The notes under the pieces are model-generated. The model ran no database searches and had not been told where the DNA came from. It was given only the letters and a program-made list of their open reading frames with translations. From Chiloscyllium plagiosum (taxonomy: Eukaryota): DNA of 32,608 nucleotides. Positions within the stretch are counted from its first letter, which is position 1; every line of letters begins with the position of its first letter. Shown here one piece after another: positions 32,246-32,608 of the stretch. A program made the position numbers and the translations under genes. Location of the stretch: NCBI RefSeq assembly GCF_004010195.1, contig NC_057753.1, positions 9,227,544 through 9,260,151 of the forward strand, given 5' to 3'.

Positions 32246-32608
32246 AGAAACGATTTATGGAAATGATGCTGGGGGTTGTAGGGTTTGAGCTCCAGGGAGA
32301 GGCTGAATAGGCTGGAGCTGTTTTCACTGGAGCATCGGAGGCAGAGGAGTGACCTAATAGAGGTTACAAAATCTTGAGGGGCATGAACAGGGTAATAGAC
32401 AAGGTCTTTTCTCTGGGGTGGGGGAGTCCAGAACTAGAGGGCATAGGTTTAGGGTGAGAGGCGAAATATATTAAAGGGACAATGTCTTCATGCAGGGGGT
32501 GGTACATATATGAAATGAGCTGCCAGAATATATGGGTCAGGTGCTGTCAAATGGGACTAGATTAATTTAGGATATCAGGTCAGCATGGACAAGTTGGACC
32601 AAAGGGTC
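32246..32608 (+). mobile_element. CR1-clade LINE 3' region (runs off the window)
   Basis: gagaggctgaataggctggagctgttttcactggagc...ggggagtccagaactagagggcatagg...ggactagattaatttagg. Confidence 0.88.

Overview
Vertebrate (very likely elasmobranch/shark, inferred from HE1-type SINEs and HER1/CR1-type LINEs) genomic scaffold with two N gaps (8908-8991, 25688-26515). It is a repeat-dense cluster of five related C2H2 zinc-finger gene copies (A + 3801-5994, B - ~8030-8760, C + 14341-14838 with promoter/exon 1 at ~9900-10234, D - 21701-22522, E + 31073-31690). All are broken by stops, frameshifts or retroelements except a 6-finger open block in C. A same-strand group of damaged tRNA genes lies at 27.3-29.8 kb (Asn, Ser, Arg half, Glu half, and a Glu-body tRNA with an Asp GTC anticodon). 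The rest is mostly CR1-clade LINE fragments, a 3.5-kb antisense L1-clade element, HE1-like and other tRNA-headed SINEs, and Penelope-like elements whose terminal repeats carry minimal hammerhead-ribozyme motifs. No intact full-length protein gene can be supported. Repeat family names come from recognition, not a database search, and most repeat boundaries are approximate.
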